In this document: positions 47,489 through 57,570 of the stretch, in pieces
Layout: each line of letters begins with the position of its first letter
Numbering within the stretch: position 1 is the first letter of the stretch
Assembly: GCA_030647205.1 (NCBI GenBank)
Contig: JAUSJO010000002.1
Coordinates: 241,112-305,111 of the forward strand
Reading direction: 5' to 3'
Length of the DNA: 64,000 nucleotides
DNA from: a bacterium
GTDB taxonomy: Bacteria > Patescibacteriota > CPR2 > UBA1875 > JAJYID01
Translations under genes and position numbers: made by a program
The notes under the pieces: model-generated
Databases searched by the model: none
What the model saw: only the letters and a program-made list of their open reading frames with translations
Told to the model about the DNA's origin: nothing

Positions 47489-48649
47489 ATGCCTTTTCAA
47501 AGAACAAAAAACATCAACCTTTCTCCAATTAAGGCCATAGAGTTAAAAGCTTCCGGTATTCCGGATGTTATTTCCTTGGCTCAGGGGATTCCTTCATTTG
47601 ATACCCCGGAGGTTATAAAGAAAGCTGCGGCAAAAGCTCTATCCAGAGGTGATGTGGCTAAATATTCATTAACTCTTGGCCTTCCGGAACTACGGGAAAC
47701 AGTTGAGGAGAAAATAGCAAAAGAAGGCATGTTTTATGATTTCGAAAAGGAGATACTCGTCACGGTAGGATCTATCGAAGCGATAACGGCATCGCTTGTA
47801 AGCGCAGTCAATAAAGAGAAGGATGAGGTTTTACTTCTTTCTCCTTGTTATACTTCATATCAAGAGGCAGTGAAGGTTGCAGGCGGGAAGCCGGTTTTTG
47901 TTGAACTCGATGAAAATAAAAATTGGCAAATAAATTTCCAAAAGCTGGAGGAAAAGATAAACTCTAAAACTGCGGCGATACTTTTCGCAAACCCAAACAA
48001 TCCGACGGGAACAATATTTCCAAAAAATGATCTGCTTAAAATAGCGGACTTAGCTTTAAAAAATGATTTTTTCATAATACTCGATGAGGTGTATAAGGAC
48101 TTTATCTATGATGATATCGACTTTTTCACTCTTGCATCAAAGCCGGAGCTGAGGAAAAAAGTCATTAGGGCTTTTAGCTTTTCAAAAGCGTATGCGATGA
48201 CTGGCTGGAGAATAGGCTTTTTGCATACTGATGAGGATAATGTACGGGAAATTGTGAAGGTCCACGATACAATGGTGACCTGTGCTCCCGTTATCTCCCA
48301 GTATGCGGCCATAGGTGCTTTTGACTTTGCTGACAAAGAAATAGAAGAGTTTAAGAAGCAGTTTGTGGTGAGACGAGATCTCGCTTGCAGGCATCTCGAT
48401 AAACTCTCAGAATTTTTGAGCTATAAAAAACCGTCTGGTTCATACTTTGTATTTCCGAAACTTTTGAAAGAAGATGACTCATGGAAATTCACCCTGGATC
48501 TTTTGGAAAAGGCTCATGTGGCTGTGGTTCCCGGGGTGGCATTCGGGCCAAACGGAGAAGGATACATTCGTATCAACTTTGGCAGAGATGAAAAGGACAT
48601 CAATGAAGCATTTAAAAGGATAGGGAAATACTTGAAAGGGAAGAAATGA
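47489..48649 (+). CDS. PLP-dependent aminotransferase class I/II
   Basis: NPNNPTG, DEVY, SFSKAYAMTGWRIG. Confidence 0.93.
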   Translation: MPFQRTKNINLSPIKAIELKASGIPDVISLAQGIPSFDTPEVIKKAAAKALSRGDVAKYSLTLGLPELRETVEEKIAKEGMFYDFEKEILVTVGSIEAITASLVSAVNKEKDEVLLLSPCYTSYQEAVKVAGGKPVFVELDENKNWQINFQKLEEKINSKTAAILFANPNNPTGTIFPKNDLLKIADLALKNDFFIILDEVYKDFIYDDIDFFTLASKPELRKKVIRAFSFSKAYAMTGWRIGFLHTDEDNVREIVKVHDTMVTCAPVISQYAAIGAFDFADKEIEEFKKQFVVRRDLACRHLDKLSEFLSYKKPSGSYFVFPKLLKEDDSWKFTLDLLEKAHVAVVPGVAFGPNGEGYIRINFGRDEKDINEAFKRIGKYLKGKK

Positions 48650-49383
48650 TAAGAAGCATTTCAAAAAAGGCAGTTCAGTTTATATTGAAATGGCAGGCGA
48701 AAGCATACATTCGCATTAAACGGCCATATATTATAATAGTTGCCGGAACAACCTCGCGGTTGTGGGTAAAGGAAAAGGTTGTTGAAGCTTTAAAGAACAA
48801 GAGCCTTAGTGCTAGATCCAATAAGAAAAACTTTAATGCCGAGATCGGTTTGCCTCTTTCTATTTTAGGATTAGAGTCTGGTGAGGGTGATTTTCAGAAA
48901 TGGAGAGAGGTGATCTTTCAAGGATTCAAAAAGATATTAAACCGAGATTCTGGCAAACATTTGGTACTTGAGGCGGCTATTGACCATCCTGAAGATATGA
49001 AATATTTGCTGGGTATTGTCAGACCAAACGCTGTTATTTTGACTACGATTACTATGATATATCAGGAAAACTTTGATGATTTGGATGACATCCAGGTAGA
49101 ATACAAAACGTTAGTTGAGGCGTTGCCTCAAGATGGAGTGCTCATACTAAACAATGATGATGAAAGAGTGAGGGTCTTATCTAGAGGGTATAAGGGCAAA
49201 GTTATTAGTTATGGGATAGATAGGCCGTCAGACCTTAATGCGCTTGATATTAAAAAGGTGGTCGACGGTCAAGAATTTCAAATAGTAGAAAAACATGAAA
49301 AATATCAAAGAAAAATATCTAGATTTGGCAGGCATCATGTCATGGCAGAACTAGTGAAGGTAGCGGTTGAGAGAGAACTCTAG
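48646..49383 (+). CDS. Truncated MurF-like Mur ligase central domain
   Basis: NFNAEIGLPLSIL, LVLE, LILNNDD; P-loop degenerate (AGTTSRLWVKE); no C-terminal domain. Confidence 0.7.
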   Translation: MIRSISKKAVQFILKWQAKAYIRIKRPYIIIVAGTTSRLWVKEKVVEALKNKSLSARSNKKNFNAEIGLPLSILGLESGEGDFQKWREVIFQGFKKILNRDSGKHLVLEAAIDHPEDMKYLLGIVRPNAVILTTITMIYQENFDDLDDIQVEYKTLVEALPQDGVLILNNDDERVRVLSRGYKGKVISYGIDRPSDLNALDIKKVVDGQEFQIVEKHEKYQRKISRFGRHHVMAELVKVAVEREL

Positions 49384-49634
49384 TCTGTTTGCTGTTCTTC
49401 TTGGGGATTGTTGGCGCCCAGATCTTCTCGGTACCCAGCTAAAGCTTCTTGTTCTATGCCTGTCTTGATATCTCTTACTTCTTTTTCGAGATCGGCATTT
49501 GCTTGCTCAAGCTCACTGTCTGCTTGCGCCACCGCATCATTCATTTCGCTTTCAGCTTCATCTGCATGTCCGTCAAGTTCTTCAATGAGCTGATCCAGAC
49601 CTTCACTTAGTTCTTTTAATGACTCTTTTCCCAT
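49380..49634 (-). CDS. Small acidic helical hypothetical protein
   Basis: SD AAAGGAG, 84 aa. Confidence 0.6.
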   Translation of the reverse strand: MGKESLKELSEGLDQLIEELDGHADEAESEMNDAVAQADSELEQANADLEKEVRDIKTGIEQEALAGYREDLGANNPQEEQQTD

Positions 49635-49646
49635 TTTTTCTCCTTT

Positions 49647-50543
49647 CTACTGTCCTTGCTTTTCACTGTTATTATTCTCGAGTTCTTCAAGTTGTTTTTC
49701 GATTATATCCATCTGGCTTCTCAAACGTTCTATAAGTTGTCTGAGTTGTTCCAGTTTTTCTTGCAGCTGCTTTATCATTTCTCCGTTTATTTCTGCGGTT
49801 GATTTTCCGGATTCTTTGGCGTTTTCTCTTTGATCTGAGTCTTTTTCTTTTTTATCAGCGTTTGTGTCTGGTCCACCTTCAGATTCATTCGAATCTTCCT
49901 CGTCGGTGTCTTTGATGGCATCTTTTATATCCTTTGAAAGATCTCTTAGTTTTGATATAACATTTCGGAGACCTTCAACTGAACTATAGTCGCCATTATC
50001 TAATATTTCATTTAGTCTATCTCTAAACTCGTTGCTTTTCTCATCTGTCTCAGATGTTTCAAATACCTTTTTAAACCTTTCCTTAGCTTTGTTAATGGAG
50101 CCCCTAACCTTTTCTCGCATTTTATTTCCGATACTTTCCATTTTCTCTTGAAGTTTGTTTTGTATATTCTGGGCTTTCTCTGCAAACTTAGTGACAACTT
50201 CATTGATTTTGCCTTGAGCGGCTTCGGAAATAGCGCTTCTTCCTCCTTCTGAAAGAGCCCCGACACTTTTATAGAAAATCCCTTCGGCAAAATTCTGAAC
50301 ATCACCGGGGAGGTTCTTTAGACGATCCTTAAAACCCGATAACTTTTCTCTAAATCGGCCTATCTTTTCGGTTATGTTGTTTTTTATTTCGCCGGCTTTT
50401 TCTTTTGCACTGTTTTGTATCTCTCCAACTCTTTCTCTTCCAAAACCTTCCAGTTTGCTTCCAAGGGTGCCTTCTCCTCCCTCTGGCTTTCCCGAAGCTA
50501 TCTCTGGTTCGACACTATGTTCTGTTGGCATTTCTGTTTTCAT
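49647..50543 (-). CDS. Coiled-coil hypothetical protein
   Basis: Charged amphipathic helices. Confidence 0.65.
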   Translation of the reverse strand: MKTEMPTEHSVEPEIASGKPEGGEGTLGSKLEGFGRERVGEIQNSAKEKAGEIKNNITEKIGRFREKLSGFKDRLKNLPGDVQNFAEGIFYKSVGALSEGGRSAISEAAQGKINEVVTKFAEKAQNIQNKLQEKMESIGNKMREKVRGSINKAKERFKKVFETSETDEKSNEFRDRLNEILDNGDYSSVEGLRNVISKLRDLSKDIKDAIKDTDEEDSNESEGGPDTNADKKEKDSDQRENAKESGKSTAEINGEMIKQLQEKLEQLRQLIERLRSQMDIIEKQLEELENNNSEKQGQ

Positions 50544-50660
50544 ATGTTCTCCACGAAGTATTATTTTACTAAATTAAAATTTAGAAAAATAAACAATGTT
50601 AGTACTAAGTTACTCTTTAAACTTTAGCACTATAGAGAACTAGCGCAAGAGTTTTTGTGA

Positions 50661-52988
50661 TTATTTTATCTCAAATGAGAGGACTTTTGTCTTGGTTGTG
50701 ACGTAGACTGTGTTGCCTTCAATGACGGTGTACCTGATATCAGTGAAGTCACCTGAAGTATACCTGCCTTTGTACGCGCCGTCTTTGCCGACAACTACCA
50801 CATAGTTGCCTGACTTAGAGGCGATGATGAGATTATCTGTTTCTGTATCCGTGTAGATTAAGTCAGCTGAACTTAAACTTACAGGCAAATCTTTTATAGC
50901 AAAATCCTGTTTTTTGCCGGAGGTAAACTTCATGATGTTTCCGCCGCTTCCCATAACATAAACATCAGAGTCAATTTTGAAAGAAAGCGGGTCTTTCATA
51001 TCTTCCGGGGTTGCCAGGTAGGTTGCTTTTTTACCATATCCGCTTGATGTACGGGTGTGTTTGTAAATCTGGTCTTGGGCTAGCAGATAGAGGGTTGTGC
51101 CGTATGAGTCGATGTCTATGGCCTTCTCCCAACCATCTGAGGCCTTCTTCTCCGTGATTGAGTTGTCTGTAGTGTCAAACTCATAAACGGCAGGTTTGTC
51201 GGTCAGGATTTCTATTACCTTAATCTTGGCAAGAGCCGTGGCTCCAACAACGTTCCCTTCAACTTTTCCGTCAATTTGAAGGCTTGAAACTTTCTTCGAT
51301 TTTTTCTCTATTTTTGATATAGTGCCATCTTTACCTATTGTATAAAAAACATTTCCGACGGAGTAAATACCAACCGCATCAGTCTGGGATACGCTTGAAA
51401 GGTCGGCCAGTACTTCAGGGCTCGCCTGAAAGGTTTGGGTTATTGTACCGAGTTGCTTATTTATTTCGTCCAGTTTTTGTTTAGCTTCTGCAGAATAAAA
51501 TTTGCTCTTTGTAAGACCATCTGCTATTTTTTGGGCATCTTCCAGGTCTGTTGCAGCTTTTTGCTTTTCACCTTGAGATGCGAGCGAACTTGCTTCTGCC
51601 ATTTTCGAATCAATAGTTTGGAGCTGGGCTTTCTCTGCCTTTTTCGTTTTTGCATCGGTTTGTCCGACTTTTGTCATAAAGAGGTAGGGGATAAATATGA
51701 CCAAGATGACAACTCCGATTATCAGGTAGTAGTTTTTCTTCATCTTTATCCTTGGCAGTTTCTTTTTTGTGCGTTTTATTTGTGCCAAGTTTGTTGCCGA
51801 GTCATAAAGGTTGCCGAGATTACTGAGAATAGAGCTTTTTGCCTTTTCCAGCTTTGCTTTATTCGGTGCCTCGTCTTTCTCTCTTATTCTAATCTCAGAC
51901 TTATATGTCGGTTGTTCTTTTAGCTCTTCTAACTCTTCGTGAGTTGTTTCCTCTTCTTTACTGATTTTTTCTTCCGTTTCTTCCAGAACCGGTACTTCTT
52001 CACGCTCAAACCCTTCGATTTCTTCATCTGTATCCATCAAGACGTTCGAATGGCCCTTTTCTTTTTTAATGTATTTAGCATACATATCACCGGATTTTAA
52101 TCTTATGAACCGAGTTGCTGCAGTAGTTTTCGGTGCCAGAGTATTTGTATAGAATTCTCCTAAAATAGCAGCCCCAAGTCGTATGTATTTAAAGATTTTT
52201 TGTAAGACATTAGTTGTTTGTTCTGCCAAGATTTCCTTCTTTGTTGTTCCTTGAAGCCATATCTCGTCCGGTTCGTCATCAAGGGTCTCATTTGCCAGTG
52301 CATCTGGTGTCATAAACTCGGCGATAACTGCAGCATTCTGACCGTAGGAACCGCCCAAGCCCTCTATGAGATCCGCAATGTGCCCAATAGCGACTTTTGG
52401 ATGATATTTCATTATGTACTTTGCTATTTCCTCAGGGGAGCAAGAAGCAAGAATGCCGGAGGAAAGAGCAGATATTTTATCTCCCTCTACTAAATCTCCG
52501 CTCGTGATATTTACGAATGTTCGAAGCGGGTTTACGCTATCGCCGGACAGGTCTTCTGTGATATGGCTTTCTTTGCCGCCTCGATAAAGATAAGCTTCGG
52601 ATTTTCCGGTTTGAGTTATGTGGATTGTATTATCAGTATAAACTGCCAAGATAGCGTTCAGTTTTCCCATCCAGTAAGTCTGCCCGCTGTTTGTGTACTC
52701 GCCAAGCTCTTCATTTATCTTGGAAAGGGCGTTTTCAAAACTTTCAAGAGGGTCTTTATCTAGATCTTGATAATATTCGCCATGAAAAGTGTCTATAATA
52801 AGTTCAATGAGTTCTTCTGAGTTTTTAGGGTTGCCGTTTATATCGATCACACCAAAAAGAATACCGTGCCTTCGCTCATCAGGGTCTTTCGGTTGGTGCT
52901 CGTAGGCGGTAGATATGTTGCTCGAATTTTTTAAATTTTTCGCTTCGCTAGCAAGTTTAGCTGTCCGAAGGGCTAATTTTTTATTCAT
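50661..52988 (-). CDS. Bitopic protein: PP2C-like N-domain, TM, coiled coil, beta-propeller
   Basis: IHITQTG..AYLYRGG, SGDLVEGD..SSG; one TM; NHL-like repeats. Confidence 0.65.
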   Translation of the reverse strand: MNKKLALRTAKLASEAKNLKNSSNISTAYEHQPKDPDERRHGILFGVIDINGNPKNSEELIELIIDTFHGEYYQDLDKDPLESFENALSKINEELGEYTNSGQTYWMGKLNAILAVYTDNTIHITQTGKSEAYLYRGGKESHITEDLSGDSVNPLRTFVNITSGDLVEGDKISALSSGILASCSPEEIAKYIMKYHPKVAIGHIADLIEGLGGSYGQNAAVIAEFMTPDALANETLDDEPDEIWLQGTTKKEILAEQTTNVLQKIFKYIRLGAAILGEFYTNTLAPKTTAATRFIRLKSGDMYAKYIKKEKGHSNVLMDTDEEIEGFEREEVPVLEETEEKISKEEETTHEELEELKEQPTYKSEIRIREKDEAPNKAKLEKAKSSILSNLGNLYDSATNLAQIKRTKKKLPRIKMKKNYYLIIGVVILVIFIPYLFMTKVGQTDAKTKKAEKAQLQTIDSKMAEASSLASQGEKQKAATDLEDAQKIADGLTKSKFYSAEAKQKLDEINKQLGTITQTFQASPEVLADLSSVSQTDAVGIYSVGNVFYTIGKDGTISKIEKKSKKVSSLQIDGKVEGNVVGATALAKIKVIEILTDKPAVYEFDTTDNSITEKKASDGWEKAIDIDSYGTTLYLLAQDQIYKHTRTSSGYGKKATYLATPEDMKDPLSFKIDSDVYVMGSGGNIMKFTSGKKQDFAIKDLPVSLSSADLIYTDTETDNLIIASKSGNYVVVVGKDGAYKGRYTSGDFTDIRYTVIEGNTVYVTTKTKVLSFEIK

Positions 52989-53138
52989 CTGGAAAAGAAT
53001 TTATGAGTAGAATATAGCATCATTTGGGAAAGAGTGCAAGAAGGGAAAGGTTATGATTTTATTGAAAAGAGACCCATTTTATGGTACTATTTTGGTCTGT
53101 TATGCACCTACCCACCACTTTTAGAAGCGAGGTTTACT

Positions 53139-53495
53139 ATGCGGGAGGAGACAAAGGATCTATCAGAAGCAGAAGAAGAGCAGCACGTTTGCGAATTACT
53201 TGAAAGGGGCTTTCGCCAGCAGGTTTTCCACGATATTCTGAAGAAAACCCCAAACGATACCTGGTTTGTGGCTCTGCACTTTAAGGAATATGCTCACGAA
53301 ATTGCTGTGCATCCGGATGTCTCTTTCGAAGACTCAGTCGAGATACTGGAAAAAGTACCTCTGACCAAAGAGCAGATAAACTTTGTCTTCGAAGAGATGA
53401 AAAGTGACGAGTTTGTAAAGCGTGACCTGAGCGATAAGCAGATTGCCAAACTCACCACTGTTGTCGAGGATAAGCTGAAAGTGGCCTTAGCCTAG
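53139..53495 (+). CDS. Hypothetical protein
   Basis: SD GAGG; two hairpins follow at 53518..53571. Confidence 0.6.
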   Translation: MREETKDLSEAEEEQHVCELLERGFRQQVFHDILKKTPNDTWFVALHFKEYAHEIAVHPDVSFEDSVEILEKVPLTKEQINFVFEEMKSDEFVKRDLSDKQIAKLTTVVEDKLKVALA

Positions 53496-53618
53496 ATAAT
53501 CCCGCAATATTTTATTAGCCGCCAGGATTCGCCTGGCGGGTTGAGCTAAGAGCGAGAGCGATCTCGCTCTTTCATTTTGTCTACTAGATTCATTTTTTAC
53601 CCGTGGTAAAATGGATGC

Positions 53619-56534
53619 ATGGAAGATTTGCTTAGTGGCTTAAATAAAGAACAAAAAGAAGCTGTAATTCATGATGGTGGACCTCTTTTAATCATTGCCG
53701 GAGCGGGGACAGGGAAGACGACCGTTATCACTCGTAGAATTGCTCATTTAATCGCATCCAAGAAAGCTTTGCCATCTGAAATCTTGGCGTTGACATTTAC
53801 CGACAAGGCAGCCGCGGAGATGGAAGAGCGCGTTGATGAACTGGTCCCTTATGGCTTTGTTGATACTTGGATATCTACCTTTCATGCTTTTGGTGACAGA
53901 ATTCTTCGCGATCATGCGCTGGATCTTGGACTCACTACTGATTTCCGTGTTCTTTCTAAGCCCGAGCAGACAATATTTATGCAGGACAATCTTGGCGCAT
54001 TTGATCTTAAATATTTTTCTCCGCTCGGAAATCCGACCAAACACATCGATGCTCTGCTCGGTCATTTTTCAAAACTGAAAGATGAGATTATAACGCCGGC
54101 TGAATATTTGGAATATGCTGATAAGAGACTAAAAAGTGCGAAATCGAGTGATGAAACTCTAGAAGCAGAAAAAACACTGGAAATTGCCAGAACCTACGAA
54201 AGATATCAGGAGCTGATGGCGGAGGCGGGAAATCTCGACTTTGGCGACCAGATAAATATGATTATCAAACTTTTCAAGGATGCTCCGAAAGTTTTAGAAA
54301 AATATCAGAAACAGTTTAAATACATCCTTGTTGATGAGTTTCAGGATACAAACTATGCGCAAAATGAGCTGCTAAAGCTGTTGGCGTCAAAAAGTGGCAA
54401 TATCACTGTGGTTGGAGATGATGATCAGTCGATTTACAGATTTCGCGGTGCGGCTATTTCCAATATTTTATCCTTTACGCGCGTATATCCTAAGTGCAAG
54501 CAGATAGTTTTGACCGAAAACTACAGATCTACCCAAGCGATATTAGACTCAGCTTACAAAATGATAAAACATAATAATCCGGATAGGCTGGAAGTGAAAA
54601 ATAATATTGTGAAGAAGCTGGTTTCCCTGGCCGACACGAGTCGACTCGGGCAGGCAAAAGTTGGCGCCGGCAAAAATCCACCGATTCATATTCATTGCGA
54701 TACCGTAACGTCAGAAGCTGACAAGGTAGCAAATATCATAAAAGAAAAGTATGAATCAGATGAGTATTCGTTTAAAGATTTTGCGATACTAGCGCGTTCT
54801 AGAAACAGTGCCCAAAGTTTCGTTCACGCCTTGGATCATGCCGGCATTCCTTATAAATTCTCCGGTTCGGCCGGACTCTATGATAGGCCGGAAGTGCGCC
54901 TTTTAATCCACTTTGCCCGGACGCTGACAAATCCGGGCGATAATCTGGCGTTTTATCACCTCCTGATTTCCGATGTTTATAATATGCCGGTTGAAGACGC
55001 GGTGAAGTTGAACGAGATTTCACATAAAACGAAAAGAAGCCTGAATCACATTGCCAAGAAAGAAAAGATGGAGATTGCCGACAATTCGCAGGAAATACTA
55101 GATAGGGTTTGCGTGGACGTAGATCATTTTCGCGAAGAATCAAAGGATATGACTGCCGGACAGATACTCTACCTTTTTTTGAAAGAGACGGATTATTTGT
55201 CGAGGCTAGTGACAGAGGCTGAGAACTCAACTGAGGCACAAGTTGCGATACAGAACATTGCCAAGTTCTTTGAGCTTGTTGGCAACTTTGAAAAAGTGTC
55301 AGAGGATAAAAGTATCGTCAACTTTGTTCATCATCTTGGAGCGCTCATGGAGGCTGGCGATGATCCGGCAACGGCCGAGGTAGACCCGGACCTTGAAGCT
55401 GTGAGTATACTGACAGTTCATAAATCAAAAGGTTTGGAGTTTCCGGTTGTATTTCTTGTTTCGCTAGTGAGCGACAGTTTCCCGACAAGGAAAAGAGGCG
55501 AACAGCTTCCGATCCCTGAAGATTTAATCCGCGAAACTTTGCCTGATGGCGACTGGCATCTGCAGGAAGAAAGGCGACTGTTTTATGTAGGTATGACTCG
55601 GGCCAAAGAAATTTTATACTTAACCAGTGCTGAGGATTATGGCGGAAAAAGAGCGAGAAAAGTGTCGCCGTTTGTTTTGGAAGCCATCGATGCGCCATCT
55701 ATTTCAAAAGAAAAAACAAAACTTGATAAGTTAGAGGTAATTAAACGATTTAAAAAGACTCATAAGGTTGAAATGCCAAAGAAATTCTACGATGGGACCG
55801 GAACGTTGACCTTAAATCCGCATCAGATAGACGACTATCTGTCTTGCCCAAAAAAGTTTGAATATATACACGTTTTAAGAGTACCGATAATGACCCATCA
55901 CTCTGTTGTCTATGGTTCGGCGATGCATAAGGCGATCGAAACTTATTTCGTAGCCAAAAAAGCAGGCAAAAAAATATCGGCAGATGATTTGATAGAAGTT
56001 TTTAACAGTAGTTGGTGGAGCGAAGGCTTTATAACCCGCGAGCATGAAGACAAAAGAAAGAAACAAGGAGAAAAGTCATTGAGAGAATTTTTTTCCCGCG
56101 AAGAGGCCGCAAAAAACATCCCTGACGAGATAGAGTCTAAATTTGAGATTCCGATGAAGGATCTCGGAGTTAAAATACGGGGACGATTTGACGCTGTGTA
56201 TGGTGATGCTACAGAAATCCGGGACTTTAAAACTTCAGAAGTTGAGAATCAGGAGCAGGCGGATAAGAAAGCAAAAAGCAATCGCCAGCTCTCAGTTTAT
56301 GCTCTGGCGAAACAGACTGAAACGGGGATTATCCCGGAGGTTTCTCTATATTTTGTAGATTCTGGACTAGTCGGGAAAGTTGAAAAGAAAGAAAAGGATC
56401 TAGATAAAACTCGCGAGGAAATCGAAAGAGTTGCCGAAGGCATTAAAGCAGAAGATTTCAAGGCAGCTCCAGGATATCAGGAGTGCTCCCGATGCGCCTA
56501 CCGCGAGATTTGTCCGTTTACACTTTCCAAATAA
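53619..56534 (+). CDS. UvrD/PcrA-type helicase fused to a PD-(D/E)xK nuclease with four Cys (AdnB/AddB-like)
   Basis: AGAGTGKT, VDEFQD, GDDDQSIY, HKSKGLEF, EERRLFYV; SCP..GRFD..DFKT..QLSVY..CSRC..C. Confidence 0.92.
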   Translation: MEDLLSGLNKEQKEAVIHDGGPLLIIAGAGTGKTTVITRRIAHLIASKKALPSEILALTFTDKAAAEMEERVDELVPYGFVDTWISTFHAFGDRILRDHALDLGLTTDFRVLSKPEQTIFMQDNLGAFDLKYFSPLGNPTKHIDALLGHFSKLKDEIITPAEYLEYADKRLKSAKSSDETLEAEKTLEIARTYERYQELMAEAGNLDFGDQINMIIKLFKDAPKVLEKYQKQFKYILVDEFQDTNYAQNELLKLLASKSGNITVVGDDDQSIYRFRGAAISNILSFTRVYPKCKQIVLTENYRSTQAILDSAYKMIKHNNPDRLEVKNNIVKKLVSLADTSRLGQAKVGAGKNPPIHIHCDTVTSEADKVANIIKEKYESDEYSFKDFAILARSRNSAQSFVHALDHAGIPYKFSGSAGLYDRPEVRLLIHFARTLTNPGDNLAFYHLLISDVYNMPVEDAVKLNEISHKTKRSLNHIAKKEKMEIADNSQEILDRVCVDVDHFREESKDMTAGQILYLFLKETDYLSRLVTEAENSTEAQVAIQNIAKFFELVGNFEKVSEDKSIVNFVHHLGALMEAGDDPATAEVDPDLEAVSILTVHKSKGLEFPVVFLVSLVSDSFPTRKRGEQLPIPEDLIRETLPDGDWHLQEERRLFYVGMTRAKEILYLTSAEDYGGKRARKVSPFVLEAIDAPSISKEKTKLDKLEVIKRFKKTHKVEMPKKFYDGTGTLTLNPHQIDDYLSCPKKFEYIHVLRVPIMTHHSVVYGSAMHKAIETYFVAKKAGKKISADDLIEVFNSSWWSEGFITREHEDKRKKQGEKSLREFFSREEAAKNIPDEIESKFEIPMKDLGVKIRGRFDAVYGDATEIRDFKTSEVENQEQADKKAKSNRQLSVYALAKQTETGIIPEVSLYFVDSGLVGKVEKKEKDLDKTREEIERVAEGIKAEDFKAAPGYQECSRCAYREICPFTLSK

Positions 56535-56553
56535 TGATAAATTTAATAAACTG

Positions 56554-57378
56554 ATGGATACCCTAGACAAAATTAATATTCAAGGCCAAGAATACCCTGT
56601 TTCTATACTTCAAAAAATGGATAGGGATGCATTATATTTAGGGGCAATATTAAATAATCTATTAAGTTTGGAATATAAATTAAGAGATTACGTAAATCTA
56701 AGAGAGATTATATCCATTAAGGATAGTAATGAAAGAACGAAAGTAGCGAGAGCTTACTTTTTAGGACCTAGAAAATTCAAAAATCTTAAGGATGGGGAAT
56801 ATACTGATTTAAAAGAAGGCGAAATAATTGAAAATCTCTCTGTACTAGAAACTTTTGGTAAAATAGTCTCGAAGTTTAATTGCTATAAAACTATAATTAC
56901 TCCAGAAGAGCTCTCAATGGCAAAAAAATTAAGAAATGATCTAGCCCATGGAAGAATTTCAATCGCAGATATAACCAAACTTCCCCCGGGGACAGATCTT
57001 GATAATAGTGAATTTGAGCTTTTTAAGAGCGATGCTATTTTAAAAGAGACAATTAAATTAGAAGAAATACCCCAAAAGTATCAAAAGATGGCTAGAGAGA
57101 TTGAAGATAGTATTGAAAGGGAAGAATGGGACAAACTTTACAAAAAAAGAAAAAATCTTTATTTGAATGGTTATTTGATAGAGAAAAGAGGAGACGAAAT
57201 TCTTGTTTTGAAAATTGAAGAGCAAGAAAAACTAGTCACTAGGATTAAACTAACTGATGATGAACTGAAAAGGATGCTGAAAGATTTAAGTACTATCTAT
57301 AAAAAGATAGAGAAACTAATAGAGCCGTTGGAAGAAAAATTAGTAAAAGAACTAGAATTGGACGACATTAATTTTTAA
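56554..57378 (+). CDS. AT-rich hypothetical protein with an Rx4H (HEPN-like) motif
   Basis: LRNDLAHG in a helical context. Confidence 0.55.
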   Translation: MDTLDKINIQGQEYPVSILQKMDRDALYLGAILNNLLSLEYKLRDYVNLREIISIKDSNERTKVARAYFLGPRKFKNLKDGEYTDLKEGEIIENLSVLETFGKIVSKFNCYKTIITPEELSMAKKLRNDLAHGRISIADITKLPPGTDLDNSEFELFKSDAILKETIKLEEIPQKYQKMAREIEDSIEREEWDKLYKKRKNLYLNGYLIEKRGDEILVLKIEEQEKLVTRIKLTDDELKRMLKDLSTIYKKIEKLIEPLEEKLVKELELDDINF

Positions 57379-57409
57379 TCCAAGCTCTAAGGGAAAGGGC
57401 TTTTCTTAG

Positions 57410-57508
57410 GTGACGCAACTTGTTGCTATAGCGCTAAGTTGTGTCATTTGTTTTCTCGGTTGTAAAGTGTCTCAAACTTTTGCGATAGCAAAAGTTTGAG
57501 ACACTTTA
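57410..57508. repeat. Two adjacent palindromes; the second has a perfect 21-bp stem
   Basis: TGACGCAACTT..AAGTTGTGTCA; TAAAGTGTCTCAAACTTTTGC-GATA-GCAAAAGTTTGAGACACTTTA. Confidence 0.8.
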
Positions 57509-57570
57509 TTTGTGGTATAATGTAAGTCGGTACATTAACAAAGAAGAATTAGCCTGAAAAGGAGGACGTT

